A stretch of 64,000 nt of DNA from Candidatus Eiseniibacteriota bacterium (GCA_041946735.1 JBHGAY010000003.1:128001-192000), one strand, 5' to 3'; positions 50,577-60,306 are shown, counted from the stretch's first letter. The notes: generated by a model not told the origin, from the sequence alone. A program made the numbers and translations.

Positions 50577-51548
50577 CTACCCCTGCCGCCGCCGGAGCGT
50601 CGAGCCCGGCAGGCTGAAACGGTAGAAGGTTCCCACCATGTCCGGGATCTCTCCCACGAGCCGTTCGATCTCGTCGGGATCGTCCACTGCGAGCACGCCA
50701 GCCAGCGCCGAAGCCATCTTCGCTCCCTGATCCCGCACGTTCGCCGGCAGCCCATAGCAGCCGCGGCACGGCATGTTCGCCTTCACGCAGTTCGCGCCGC
50801 ATCCGGCGCGCGTCGCAGGACCGAGACAGACGATTCCCTGCTCCAGCAGGCAGATCTCCGGGTCGGCGACGACCTCGTGCGGGCGGACGAACTTCGAGAT
50901 CTTCTTGATGTCCTTCTTGCGCGTGCACTCCTCGCAGAGCGAGCGGGCGTCGGCGCCGAGCACCGTCCCCTTGGGCGGGAGCGGCTTGCCGTTCTTCAGG
51001 ATGTCGACGACCGCGTCGACGACGAGCCCGATCTGATGCGGCTGAGGCGGGCACCCCGGAACGATGTAGTCCACGTCGACCACCTGCGCGAGCGTCCGCA
51101 CCGTGTTCCACAGGTGCGGGAGGTGCACTTTGCCTTCCGGGACCTCGCAGGTCGTCTGCGGCCGCACCTTCTCGGCGTTCACCGTCGAGGGGGAGCCGTC
51201 GTAGACGTAGTCGAGGATCTGATCGCGGGTCGTCAGGTTCGCGAGCCCCGGGATGCCGCCGTCCGAGGCGCACGATCCGAACGCGCAGAGGACGACGGAC
51301 TTCCGTCTCAGGAGCTGCGCGATCTCGTAGTTCTCGGAGTTCCGGATCGCGCCGTTCCATAGCGTCAGGGTGATCGAGCCGTCCTCCATCGCGCGCACGT
51401 CGTCGTACTTGAAGTCGGTTGCGCAGGGCCAGAAGACGATGTCGAAGAAGTCGGCGATCTCGAGGACCTTCAGCTCGGTGTCGAGGACGGCGATCTCGCA
51501 GCCCCCGCACGAAGCGGCCCAGTAGAGGGCGAGTTTCGGCTTGGCCAT
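50577..51548 (-). CDS. mvhG: [NiFe]-hydrogenase small subunit
   Basis: SCGGC, GSCA..GGIPGL, PGCPP, C..C..CLLEQG..CLGP.TRAGC..C....PCRGC. Confidence 0.93.
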   Translation of the reverse strand: MAKPKLALYWAASCGGCEIAVLDTELKVLEIADFFDIVFWPCATDFKYDDVRAMEDGSITLTLWNGAIRNSENYEIAQLLRRKSVVLCAFGSCASDGGIPGLANLTTRDQILDYVYDGSPSTVNAEKVRPQTTCEVPEGKVHLPHLWNTVRTLAQVVDVDYIVPGCPPQPHQIGLVVDAVVDILKNGKPLPPKGTVLGADARSLCEECTRKKDIKKISKFVRPHEVVADPEICLLEQGIVCLGPATRAGCGANCVKANMPCRGCYGLPANVRDQGAKMASALAGVLAVDDPDEIERLVGEIPDMVGTFYRFSLPGSTLRRRQG

Positions 51549-51569
51549 GCTTGCTTCCCCCTCTCCCTC

Positions 51570-52076
51570 TCAGGCATGCCCGGCTGGCGCATCGGCGCCG
51601 CTGTGCTCGAGCTGCTCTTCGGCCGCCACGCGGTCGAACTCGCGATCCTCGAGCTTCAGAGGCCCCAGCGCCCGGATCTGCTCGGTGAACTCGGAGATCA
51701 CCTCGGCGAACCGCGTCGCCTCGGAAGCCGAGACCCATTCGAGACGGATTCGCCGCGGATCGATCCCCATCTGCTCCGCCAGCTTCTTCGCGACCGGCAG
51801 CCGCCGCTGGCATTTGTAGTTCCCCTCGACGTAGTGACAGTCGCCCGGATGGCAGCCGCAGACGAGCACGCCGTCGGCGCCCCGCGCGAGAACGTCGAAC
51901 AGGAAGTTCGGATCGACGCGCCCGGAGCACATCACCCGGACGATCCGCACGTTCGGCGGATACTTCATTCGCGCCGTCCCGGCGAGATCGGCTCCGGTGT
52001 AGCTGCACCAAGTGCAGAGGAAACCGACCAGATTCGGTTCGAAACCATGCCGTTCGCTCGTCTTCGTCTCGCTCAT
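51570..52076 (-). CDS. mvhD: Hydrogenase iron-sulfur subunit delta
   Basis: FLCTWCSYTGADLAG, VMCSGRV, GCHPGDCHY. Confidence 0.95.
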   Translation of the reverse strand: MSETKTSERHGFEPNLVGFLCTWCSYTGADLAGTARMKYPPNVRIVRVMCSGRVDPNFLFDVLARGADGVLVCGCHPGDCHYVEGNYKCQRRLPVAKKLAEQMGIDPRRIRLEWVSASEATRFAEVISEFTEQIRALGPLKLEDREFDRVAAEEQLEHSGADAPAGHA

Positions 52077-53824
52077 GAGAGGATTCCCTCGATCTCCGCG
52101 TAGATCTGCTCGTCGGTGAAGTGCAGGCCCTGGATCGCGCCGCTCGGACAGCCGGCGACGCAGGTCCCGCAGGCCTTGCAGACCGCGGTGGTGACGGCCG
52201 ACACCTTCTTCTCGGGGTCGTAGGTGATCGCCCCGTAGGGGCAGAGGTCGTTGCACAATCGGCACCCGCTGCACAGGTTCTCGTCGATCGAGGCGCAGGC
52301 CGCGTCCATCTCCACCTCGCCGCGGATGATCAGCGACATCGCCTGCGCCGCCGCCGCGCCCCCCTGCGCGACCGAGTCGGGAATGTCCTTCGGCCCCTGG
52401 CAGACGCCGGCGAGGAAGATCCCGTCGGTCGTCGTGGAGACCGGCCCCAGCTTCGGGTGACGTTCGATGAACCAGCCGTCCGCGCCGACCGAGATGCCGA
52501 AGCGCCTCCCTGTCTCCTTCGCGTCGGCCTGGGCTTCGAGCGCCGTGCAGAGGATCACCATGTCGACCGGGATCTCCCGGAAGCGGCCGGCCAACGTGTC
52601 CTCGCAGCGGACGAGCAGGTGCCCTTCGTCCGTCCCGATCGAACGGACCACCTCCGCCCCCTTGCCGCGGATCACGTTCACGCCCTCGGTCAGGATCCGT
52701 TGGAAGAACTCCTCGTATCCCTTGCCGAAGGAGCGCATGTCGATGTAGAGCTGGTACACCTCGGCGGAGGTCTTCTCCTTGACGAGGTGCGCGAACTTCA
52801 GCGCGTACATGCAGCAGACACGGCTGCAGTAGGGATGGTGCGCCTCGTCGCGGCTGCCGATGCAGTGGAGGATCGCGATGGCGCGCGGCTCGCTGCCGTC
52901 CTCGAGAACGACCTTGCCATTGGTCGAGCCGGCGGCGTTGTTCATCCTCTCGAATTCCATCGAGGTGATGACGTTCGGCAGCCGCCCGTAGCCGTACTGC
53001 TTGAGCGGCGTCGGATCGAGATCGCGGAAGCCGGTCGCAAGCACGACCGCCCCGACTTCCACCTCCTCCGTCTCCTCGACCGCCTCGTGATCGATGCATT
53101 CCTTCGGGCAGACCTGCGCGCAGACCTTGCATCCTCCGGTGCGGAAGTGGACGCAGTACTCCGGCTGGATGTGCGGGACGTTCGGCACCGCCTGCCGGAA
53201 CGGCACCGAGATTGCCGCGTTCGGCCCGAGATGCACCTCCGGGTGGACGATCTCGCGACCCCTCGCCTCCTCCATGCGGATATGGCCGGTCGGACAGAGC
53301 GCCGCGCAAGCGCCGCAGAGGATGCAGGCGTCCGAGTCGACGGAGAACGGCGTCGTCACCGTGCGCTCGGCACCGCGCGAGGCAAAGCCGATCGCCTGCG
53401 CGCCGACGATCTCGTCGCAGACGCGCACGCACAGGCCGCACAAGATGCAGGTGTCCGTGCCCCAGCCCCAGCGCGGCTCCTCGATCCCGAGCTTCTTCCC
53501 CAGCTCGAGCAGGATCGGATGCGGCTTGCAGCGAGACATCAGCATCTCGAGGTTCAACCGGCGCGCCGCGAGAATGCGCGGGGTGTGGGTCAGGATCTCC
53601 ATCCCGTCAGCGACGGGGAAGTTGCACGCCGTGACGACACGGTTGCGCCCGCGCTTGTCGAACGTCTCGACGACGCAGATGCGGCAGGCGGCGTACGGCT
53701 TGACGTACTTGAAGAAGCAGAGGGTCGGGATCTCGATTCCGAGCTGCTCCGCAGCCTGGAGGATGTACGTTCCCTCCTCCAGTGTGATCGGGCAGCCATC
53801 GATCCGGATCGTCGCCTGGGCCAT
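52073..53824 (-). CDS. hdrA: Fusion of a NuoG/HydA/HoxU-like Fe-S N-terminus with the C-terminal half of HdrA
   Basis: IPTLC..ACRICVVE..TAC [2Fe-2S] and CILCGLCVRVC, then AISVPF.QAVP, GAVVLATGF, HCIGSRD..CSRVCCMY, G.CQGPKDIP and a C-terminal ferredoxin. Confidence 0.9.
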   Translation of the reverse strand: MAQATIRIDGCPITLEEGTYILQAAEQLGIEIPTLCFFKYVKPYAACRICVVETFDKRGRNRVVTACNFPVADGMEILTHTPRILAARRLNLEMLMSRCKPHPILLELGKKLGIEEPRWGWGTDTCILCGLCVRVCDEIVGAQAIGFASRGAERTVTTPFSVDSDACILCGACAALCPTGHIRMEEARGREIVHPEVHLGPNAAISVPFRQAVPNVPHIQPEYCVHFRTGGCKVCAQVCPKECIDHEAVEETEEVEVGAVVLATGFRDLDPTPLKQYGYGRLPNVITSMEFERMNNAAGSTNGKVVLEDGSEPRAIAILHCIGSRDEAHHPYCSRVCCMYALKFAHLVKEKTSAEVYQLYIDMRSFGKGYEEFFQRILTEGVNVIRGKGAEVVRSIGTDEGHLLVRCEDTLAGRFREIPVDMVILCTALEAQADAKETGRRFGISVGADGWFIERHPKLGPVSTTTDGIFLAGVCQGPKDIPDSVAQGGAAAAQAMSLIIRGEVEMDAACASIDENLCSGCRLCNDLCPYGAITYDPEKKVSAVTTAVCKACGTCVAGCPSGAIQGLHFTDEQIYAEIEGILS

Positions 53825-53840
53825 CGCTCCTCCTGATCCT

Positions 53841-55880
53841 CTAGACGCTCATCGACGCCGCGTCGGCTGCCGCCGACGCCGTTGCCGCCGCCTTGCGCTC
53901 CTTGACCGGTACCCACTGCTTGCGCGCGTGGTCTTGGACGATGTCCGCTTCCATCCGCTTCACGCGCTTGATCGCGTCGAACTTGCACACCTGGTAGCAC
54001 GCGTCGCACTGAATGCACTTTGCCTGGTCGATCCGGTAGAGCCCCTTCGGCTCCCCGGAGATCGCCGTGGTCGGGCACGCCGCCACGCACTGGCCGTCTC
54101 CGATGCACGCCTCGCTGATCGCGTAACCGACGAGCGCCTTGCAGACGCCGGCCGGGCACCGCTTGTCGTGGATGTGCGCGTCGAACTCGTCCCGGAAATA
54201 ACGGATCGTCGACAGTACCGGGTTCGGCGCGCTGCCGCCGAGCTGGCAGAGACTCGTGTCGATCAGCACGTTCCCGATCTCCTGCAGGGTGTCGATGTCT
54301 CCCGGCTCGCCCTCGCCCTGCGTGATCCGCTCGAGGATCGAATGGAGCATGCGAAGGCCTTCGCGGCAGGGGAGACACTTCCCGCACGACTCCTCGATGA
54401 GGAAGTGGATGAAGTACTTCGCGACATCGACCATGCAGGAGTCCTGGTCCATCACGATCATGCCGCCCGATCCCATCATCGAGCCGGCCTTTGTCAGTTC
54501 GTCGAAGTCGATCGGGAGATCGAGGAGCGACTCGGCCGCCTCGTCGACGGCCAGCTCGCCGCTCCGGACCATCGAGCGATGGATCTTCTCGTCGGCGGTC
54601 TCTACGATCAGCGTGCCCCCGGAAGGGCCACCGGTCTGGACCGCCTTGAACTTCTTCTTTCCGGGGACGCCGCCGCCGATGTCGTGCAGGATCTCGCGGA
54701 GGGTGATCCCCATCGGCACCTCGACCAGGCCTGTGTTGTTGATTCTTCCTGTGAGCGCGAAGAGCTTGGTTCCCTTGGAATTCTCGGTCCCGATCGAGGC
54801 GAACCACGCCGAGCCGTTCTCGAGGATCAGCGGGACGTTCGCCCAGGTCTCGACATTGTTGAGGTTGGAAGGCTTGTCCCAGAGGCCGAACTCGACCGTG
54901 TGGACGTACTTCGCGCGCGGTTCCCCGATCTTCCCTTCGAGCGAAGCCATCAGTGCGGTCGACTCCCCGCAGACGAACGCTCCGCCGCCCCGGCTGACGT
55001 CGATGTCGAAGGCGAAGCCGCTCCCGAAGAGATTGTCACCGAGCAGGCCCCGGGCCCTCGCCTGCTCCAGCGCAATCCGGAGGTTCTTTACCGCAAGGCG
55101 GTACTCATGGCGCACGTACACGTAGCCTCGATGGGAACCGATCGCGAAGGCGCCGATGATCATGCCCTCGATGACAGAGTGGGGATTCCCCTCCAGAACC
55201 GACCGGTCCATGAACGCCCCGGGGTCCCCCTCGTCGGCGTTGCAGATGACGTACTTCGGCTCACCCGTCGCGTTGCGGCAAGTCTCCCACTTCTTGCCGG
55301 CAGGGAACCCGCCACCCCCGCGCCCGCGCAGACCGGACGCTTTGATCTCCTCGATCACCATCTCCGGGGACATTGCGGTCAGCGCCTTCGCCGCCGACTG
55401 GTAGCCGCCCAGCGCGATGTAGTCGTCGATCGAGTTGGGATCCATCATCCGATTCTTCCCGAGGATCAGACGCATCTGCTTTTTGTAGAAGGGGATGTCG
55501 TCCTCGAGCTCGATGCGCTTCTTCGTCGTCGGATCGCGGTAGAGCAGCTTGTGGACGATCTGGCCATGCTTGATCGTCTGTTCGAAGATGAGGTCGACAT
55601 CCGCCGGCTTGATCTGCTGATAGAAGATCCCCTGGGGATGGATGACCGCAAGCGGCCCGCGCTCGCAGAAGCCGCGACAGCCGGTCAGCTTGAGACCGAC
55701 CACCTCCTCGAGCTTCTCCTCCGCGATCTTCTTGCGAAACGCGTCCGCCACCGCCTGGCAGCCGCACGCGTTGCAGCCGGTGCCTGCGCAGAGGTGGATC
55801 GAGAGGCGATTGCGGTCCTTCGCTTCGACCAAACGCGCCTGCAGCGCCTTGAGATCCTCGGGGCTCTTGATCCTCGTCAT
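53841..55880 (-). CDS. NuoF/HydB-like NADH-binding FMN subunit
   Basis: N-terminal thioredoxin-like [2Fe-2S]; GLRGRGGGGF, CNADEGDPGAFMDR, GGPSG, ESCGKC.PCREG; C-terminal 2x[4Fe-4S]. Confidence 0.95.
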   Translation of the reverse strand: MTRIKSPEDLKALQARLVEAKDRNRLSIHLCAGTGCNACGCQAVADAFRKKIAEEKLEEVVGLKLTGCRGFCERGPLAVIHPQGIFYQQIKPADVDLIFEQTIKHGQIVHKLLYRDPTTKKRIELEDDIPFYKKQMRLILGKNRMMDPNSIDDYIALGGYQSAAKALTAMSPEMVIEEIKASGLRGRGGGGFPAGKKWETCRNATGEPKYVICNADEGDPGAFMDRSVLEGNPHSVIEGMIIGAFAIGSHRGYVYVRHEYRLAVKNLRIALEQARARGLLGDNLFGSGFAFDIDVSRGGGAFVCGESTALMASLEGKIGEPRAKYVHTVEFGLWDKPSNLNNVETWANVPLILENGSAWFASIGTENSKGTKLFALTGRINNTGLVEVPMGITLREILHDIGGGVPGKKKFKAVQTGGPSGGTLIVETADEKIHRSMVRSGELAVDEAAESLLDLPIDFDELTKAGSMMGSGGMIVMDQDSCMVDVAKYFIHFLIEESCGKCLPCREGLRMLHSILERITQGEGEPGDIDTLQEIGNVLIDTSLCQLGGSAPNPVLSTIRYFRDEFDAHIHDKRCPAGVCKALVGYAISEACIGDGQCVAACPTTAISGEPKGLYRIDQAKCIQCDACYQVCKFDAIKRVKRMEADIVQDHARKQWVPVKERKAAATASAAADAASMSV

Positions 55881-55896
55881 CGTCCCTCCGGCTCCT

Positions 55897-56478
55897 TCAG
55901 GAGCGGCCTTCGGCCGCGGTGGTCGCGTGCTCCGTGCCCGCCTGTTCGGGCCTCTCCGTGTCGGCGGGGGCCGCCGAGCCGGTCGCTCCGGCGGCCCTGT
56001 CGTCCTCGCGGATCGCGGCGAGCATTTTGTCGACGTCCGACACGGTCAGATGGCCCCAGTACTTCTCGTCGGCGACGACGACCGGCCCGAGCGCGCAGGC
56101 GCCCACGCAGTTCACCGTCTCGAGCGTGAACATACCGTCCTTCGTCGTGTGGCCGCGGTCGACGTGGAGGTCGCGCTCGAGCTTCTCCACGATGCTGCGG
56201 GAGTTGCGAACATGGCAGGCGGTCCCGGTGCAGACGCATACGTGGTGCTTCCCACGCGGCTCGAGGCTGAATGCCTTGTAGAAGGTAGCTACCCCGTAGA
56301 CCTGGGAGAGGGCGAGATCCATCCGTTTGCTGATCTGCTTCATCGCCTCCCGGGGGAGGTAATAGAACTCCTGCTGGACCTCCTGCAGGATCATGATCAG
56401 CGCGGTCGGCTTCGCCTCGTAGGAGGCGATGATCTCGTCGATCCGTTCGGACATCCGATCCTGGGATTCCATCGGCAT
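55897..56478 (-). CDS. NuoE/HydC-like [2Fe-2S] subunit
   Basis: VATFY..F..PRGKH.VCVCTGTACH..NCVGACALGP. Confidence 0.94.
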   Translation of the reverse strand: MPMESQDRMSERIDEIIASYEAKPTALIMILQEVQQEFYYLPREAMKQISKRMDLALSQVYGVATFYKAFSLEPRGKHHVCVCTGTACHVRNSRSIVEKLERDLHVDRGHTTKDGMFTLETVNCVGACALGPVVVADEKYWGHLTVSDVDKMLAAIREDDRAAGATGSAAPADTERPEQAGTEHATTAAEGRS

Positions 56479-57495
56479 CTAGTCCTCCCTCACGCGCACG
56501 CCGGTGCGGCTGACGCGCGCCTCGTGCTTCTGTTCGGGGGCGAGAACGCGCGGGCTTCCTTCGCGATAGACGCGATCGCCGATCAGCATCCGACGCTGCG
56601 TCGGAAACGGGCGCGACGGGCAGGCCTCATAGCAGGTGCCGCAGCTGTTGCACTTGGTGACGTCGACGTAGCGCGGGTGCTTCTTGATCTTGACCTTGAA
56701 GTTGCCGACGTACCCCTCGACCTCCTGCACCTCCGCCATCGTCATGAGGCGGATGTTCGGGTGCTGCGCCACGGCCACCATCTTCGGCGTGAGGATGCAG
56801 GCGGCGCAGTCGAGGGTCGGGAAGGTCTTGTCGAAGTTCGCCATGTGTCCGCCGATCGAGGACTCCCGCTCGACGAGGATCACCTGGAGCCCCGCATCGG
56901 CGAGCTGAAGGGCGGTCTCGATTCCCGCGATCCCGCCACCAACGACGAGCGCGCGCGGCGTGATGTTCACGTGGCGCATCTCGAGCGGGGCGTGGAACGC
57001 GACGCGGCGGATCGCGGCGCGGATCTGCGCCGCCGCCTTGTCGGTCGCCGCGCCTCCATCGATCGTGACCCACGACACCTGCTCGCGAATGTTCGCCATG
57101 GCGAATAGGTAGCGGTTCAGACCGGCCTTCGCGACCGCCTTCCGGAACGTCGGCTCGTGCATCAACGGGCTGCACGCGGCGACGACGACCCGGTCGAGCT
57201 GCATCTCCCGGATGTCCTTCTGGATCAGCTCCTGCCCCGGGTCGCTGCACATGAATTTGTAGTCCCGCGAGACGACGACGTGCGGCTCGCTCTTCATCCG
57301 CCGCGCGACCTCGGCGACGTCGACGGTCTTCGCGATGTTCGTTCCGCAGTGGCAGACGTAGACGCCGATGCGCAGGGGACGGGACGGTGCGCGATCTCCG
57401 TTGCCGTTGCCGCTTCCCTTCCCGTTGCCGTTCCCGTTCCCTGCGTCGCCCGCACCGCCGCGTCCGTCCTGGGCGTTGCCGCTTTCGGGTGTCAT
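56479..57495 (-). CDS. hdrA: N-terminal half of heterodisulfide reductase subunit A
   Basis: IGVYVCHCGTNIA, MCSDPGQ, AACSP, NIREQ, GGGIAG, KTFPTLDCAACIL; ends after PRYVDVTKCNSCGTCYEACP. Confidence 0.93.
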   Translation of the reverse strand: MTPESGNAQDGRGGAGDAGNGNGNGKGSGNGNGDRAPSRPLRIGVYVCHCGTNIAKTVDVAEVARRMKSEPHVVVSRDYKFMCSDPGQELIQKDIREMQLDRVVVAACSPLMHEPTFRKAVAKAGLNRYLFAMANIREQVSWVTIDGGAATDKAAAQIRAAIRRVAFHAPLEMRHVNITPRALVVGGGIAGIETALQLADAGLQVILVERESSIGGHMANFDKTFPTLDCAACILTPKMVAVAQHPNIRLMTMAEVQEVEGYVGNFKVKIKKHPRYVDVTKCNSCGTCYEACPSRPFPTQRRMLIGDRVYREGSPRVLAPEQKHEARVSRTGVRVRED

Positions 57496-58370
57496 GCCGG
57501 CACCTCGCTCAGGCGACTGACGATCCGCCTGACATCGATCACCATCTGGTCGAGGAGCATCTCCTCCGCCGTGAAGCCGAGAGCGAGGCCGAGGAGCTGC
57601 GTGAAATAGACGATCGGAAGCCGGTAGGACGTCCCGAAGACCTTGTTGATCTTCTGCTGGTACGCCTCGAGGTTCATCTGGCACATGGGGCAGGTGGTGA
57701 TCAGAACTTCCGCGTCGCTCTGTACCGCCGCCTCGAGGATCTCCCGATTCAGCTTCAGCGCGACATCCTCGTAGGTCGTCATGAGCATCCCGCCGCAGCA
57801 TCGAAGCTTTGCGCTGAACGGGACGACAGCGCCACCAATGGCGGCCATGAGATTGTCGAGCTGCTGCGGGTCCTCGCGATCGTCGAACCTTCCATAGGGA
57901 CGGACGAGCTGGCATCCGTAATAGGGCGCGATGCGCACGCCGGTCAGCGGCCGGACGACCTTCTCGACGATCCTCTCGATGCCGTAGAAATCGACCAGGA
58001 TCCCGAGGGGATGGAGCACCTCGATCGATGCCTTGTAGGAGAGCCCCACGGAGGAGAGCACCTCGTTGATCTTGTCCGCGTGCTCCTCGCCCCAGCGCAT
58101 GTGCCGGTTCACCTTCGAGAGGATCGTGTAGCAGGAGCTGCAAGGGGCGCAGACGTTCATCCCCATCTTCTCGGCGTTCGCGAGGTTCCGCGCGCAGATC
58201 GAGTAGGCGGCGAGCTTGTTCATGGAGATGTAGGAGGTTGCGCCGCAGCAGTTCCAGTCGTCGATCTCGGTCAGGCCGATCCCGAGCTTCTGGAAGACGC
58301 GCCGCACCGAGACGTCATAGGGCCGGCCGGTTGCCTCGAGACTGCAGCCGGGGTAGTAGGCATATTCCAT
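57492..58370 (-). CDS. hdrB: Heterodisulfide reductase subunit B (two CCG domains)
   Basis: YYPGCS..WNCCG..C.SC; YYGC..RP..CCGG..CPMCQ.NL. Confidence 0.95.
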   Translation of the reverse strand: MEYAYYPGCSLEATGRPYDVSVRRVFQKLGIGLTEIDDWNCCGATSYISMNKLAAYSICARNLANAEKMGMNVCAPCSSCYTILSKVNRHMRWGEEHADKINEVLSSVGLSYKASIEVLHPLGILVDFYGIERIVEKVVRPLTGVRIAPYYGCQLVRPYGRFDDREDPQQLDNLMAAIGGAVVPFSAKLRCCGGMLMTTYEDVALKLNREILEAAVQSDAEVLITTCPMCQMNLEAYQQKINKVFGTSYRLPIVYFTQLLGLALGFTAEEMLLDQMVIDVRRIVSRLSEVPA

Positions 58371-58371
58371 C

Positions 58372-58968
58372 TCAGTTGTCTCCCAGCGATTCGGCTTTCT
58401 TCATGATCGCCCTCACCTCGTCGACGCGACGGATCGCCTTCGGTCTCGTCGCGAGGCGGTGGCGCCGCAACATCGTGATCGCGAAGCGTTGCAGGTCGGG
58501 GGAGAGAAGCTTCCGTGGTCCTGCCTCCAGGTAGTAGCGGAGTCCGAGCCACAGCTCCCAGTTGCGGCCGAAGCGGCGGATGTTGCCGACGAACGCTTCG
58601 GAGAGCGCGTGCGCAGGAAATGTCCGCGGAAAGACCCCCTTCTGGGCAGCCACGCGCTTCAGCGCATAGAGGTTGTCGGTCACCCGGATCCCGACGGGGC
58701 AGCGGACGGTGCAGGCGTAGCACGACGCGCAGATCCAGATCGCGCGGCTGCGCAGGATCGGCTCGAGCATGCCGGCCCGGAACAGGGCGACGATCTGCCG
58801 CGGGGTGATATCCATCGCATGGGCGACCGGGCAGGACCCCGTGCAGCTCCCGCATTGGATGCAGTTCTTGACCTTGTATCCGTCAGGGAAGGTCGCGACC
58901 TGTTCGAGATAGGCGGCACGTAGGTCCGCTTCCTTCGGAGGGATGGCGGCAAGGGCGGCGTTGGGCAT
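58372..58968 (-). CDS. hdrC: Heterodisulfide reductase subunit C
   Basis: CIQCGSCTGSCP and IWICASCYACTVRCP; GGAGG RBS before ATG 58968. Confidence 0.93.
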   Translation of the reverse strand: MPNAALAAIPPKEADLRAAYLEQVATFPDGYKVKNCIQCGSCTGSCPVAHAMDITPRQIVALFRAGMLEPILRSRAIWICASCYACTVRCPVGIRVTDNLYALKRVAAQKGVFPRTFPAHALSEAFVGNIRRFGRNWELWLGLRYYLEAGPRKLLSPDLQRFAITMLRRHRLATRPKAIRRVDEVRAIMKKAESLGDN

Positions 58969-59321
58969 CCTGCCTCCACGTTCTGCGCCCTGTGCGATCA
59001 CGCAGCCTGTCCGGTCGGGCGCGATCCGGTGGCCGGCTGACTTGTGAACTTCTTCTCATGCAGGATCGGAGCCATCGGAAGGCGTGACCGCGTAGGCGGC
59101 TTGGTTGCAGTCGGTTGCCGAGGATCGGGAGGAAGCGGCGGCGCCAAAGCGGAGCAGTGCGTATGGGGCGATCCGCCTCACGATGGGGCGCATCGCCCCG
59201 TGGGTCATGTCGCGAGGCGATGGGGGAGCTGCGCTCGAGCCGTCCACGCTGCACGCACCGATATCTCGACGGGTGCCGCTAGCGGGCCGCGATCCTGTAG
59301 CGTGGCAGCAAGGAGCCAGCG

Positions 59322-59537
59322 ATGCGCAAGCAAGCCAAGAGAGGGTTACTCGAGGGTACCGAGCGCTGTCCGCACTGCCTGCAACTCCACGTCCTCGAGC
59401 AGGAGTACCGCTGCGTCCTCTGCGACGGGCCGGTCTGTCCCTTCTGTGTCGTGATCGAGGAGGGCGCCCAGGACATCCTCTGCCCGAGCTGCAGCGACGC
59501 CGAGCGACGAGGAAGAGGAAAGCCGCATGCCGGCTAG
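59322..59537 (+). CDS. Small Cys-rich zinc-finger protein
   Basis: AAGGAG RBS; CPHC, CVLC, CPFC, CPSC; overlaps the ku start by 11 bp. Confidence 0.7.
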   Translation: MRKQAKRGLLEGTERCPHCLQLHVLEQEYRCVLCDGPVCPFCVVIEEGAQDILCPSCSDAERRGRGKPHAG

Positions 59538-60306
59538 AGCGATCTGGAAGGGTGTGCTCGCGCTCGGCGACGACATCGAGCTGCCGGTCAAGCTCTACTC
59601 CGCGGTGCAGGACCGCACGGTCCACTTCCGTCTTCTCGATTCGAAGGACCGCCAGCCGGTCGCTCAGGAGATGGTCGAGCCAGAGACGGAAGAGGAGGTC
59701 GCTGCCAAGGAGATCCGGAAGGGGGCCGAAGTCGAGCCGGGCGTGTTCGTTCTCCTGAAGGACGACGAGGTCGAGAAGCTCGAGCCGCCCGCCTCGCGAA
59801 TCATCCAGATCGAGCGGTTTCTCAACGCCGGAGAGATCTCCCATCTATGGTACGAGCGGCCCTACTACCTCGGTCCGGACGAAGGGGGCGATCGGGAGTA
59901 CTGGGACTTCGTCGAGGCGTTGGAGCGGACGGAGAAGGAGGGAGTCGCACGCTGGGTCATGCGGAAGAGACGCTATCTGGGCTCGCTCAAGGCGATCGAT
60001 GGTTTCCTGATGCTGATCACCCTTCGGTTCGCGGACGAGGTCATCACAGCGGAAGATCTTACCCCCCCACCCGGTCGCGATCTGGACGCCAAGGAGGTGA
60101 CCATGGCGCGCCGGCTCGTGGAGGCGATGGCTGGGGAGTTCGACCCCGGGGAGTTTCATGACGAGTTCCGCGCACGGGTCCTCGAGCTGATCGAGGCAAA
60201 GAAGAAGGGAAAGAAGATCCGCGCGAGAAAGCCCGAGCGCAAGCCGCGCCCCGAGTCGCTGGCGGGCGCTCTGCAGGCGAGCCTGGCGGCGGCGAGGAAG
60301 CGATGA
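59527..60306 (+). CDS. ku: Ku protein (NHEJ), copy 1
   Basis: RAIWKG..PVKLYSA; ERPYYL.P; TLRFADE; FDP.EF.DE. Confidence 0.92.
   Translation: MPARAIWKGVLALGDDIELPVKLYSAVQDRTVHFRLLDSKDRQPVAQEMVEPETEEEVAAKEIRKGAEVEPGVFVLLKDDEVEKLEPPASRIIQIERFLNAGEISHLWYERPYYLGPDEGGDREYWDFVEALERTEKEGVARWVMRKRRYLGSLKAIDGFLMLITLRFADEVITAEDLTPPPGRDLDAKEVTMARRLVEAMAGEFDPGEFHDEFRARVLELIEAKKKGKKIRARKPERKPRPESLAGALQASLAAARKR

Noticed and set aside
49086..52076. Selenocysteine recoding in the Mvh subunits
   Set aside because: All metal-ligand positions are ordinary Cys codons, with no in-frame TGA.
53094..56129. Very long antisense or alternate-frame ORFs (e.g. 53094-56129 +, 42179-45418 +, 48711-51362 +, 26604-28889 +, 19519-21930 +, 49129-52011 -)
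   Set aside because: Shadow ORFs of well-supported genes in high-GC DNA; Arg/Pro-rich with no recognisable motifs.
57395..57445. Short tandem repeats (CCGTTG/CCGTTC)
   Set aside because: Encodes a Gly-Asn low-complexity linker at the HdrA N-terminus; no sign of a phase-variable tract.
56479..57495. hdrA N-half as a pseudogene or frameshift product
   Set aside because: The complementary half is intact about 3 kb downstream as an in-frame fusion, with intact, tightly coupled genes in between.
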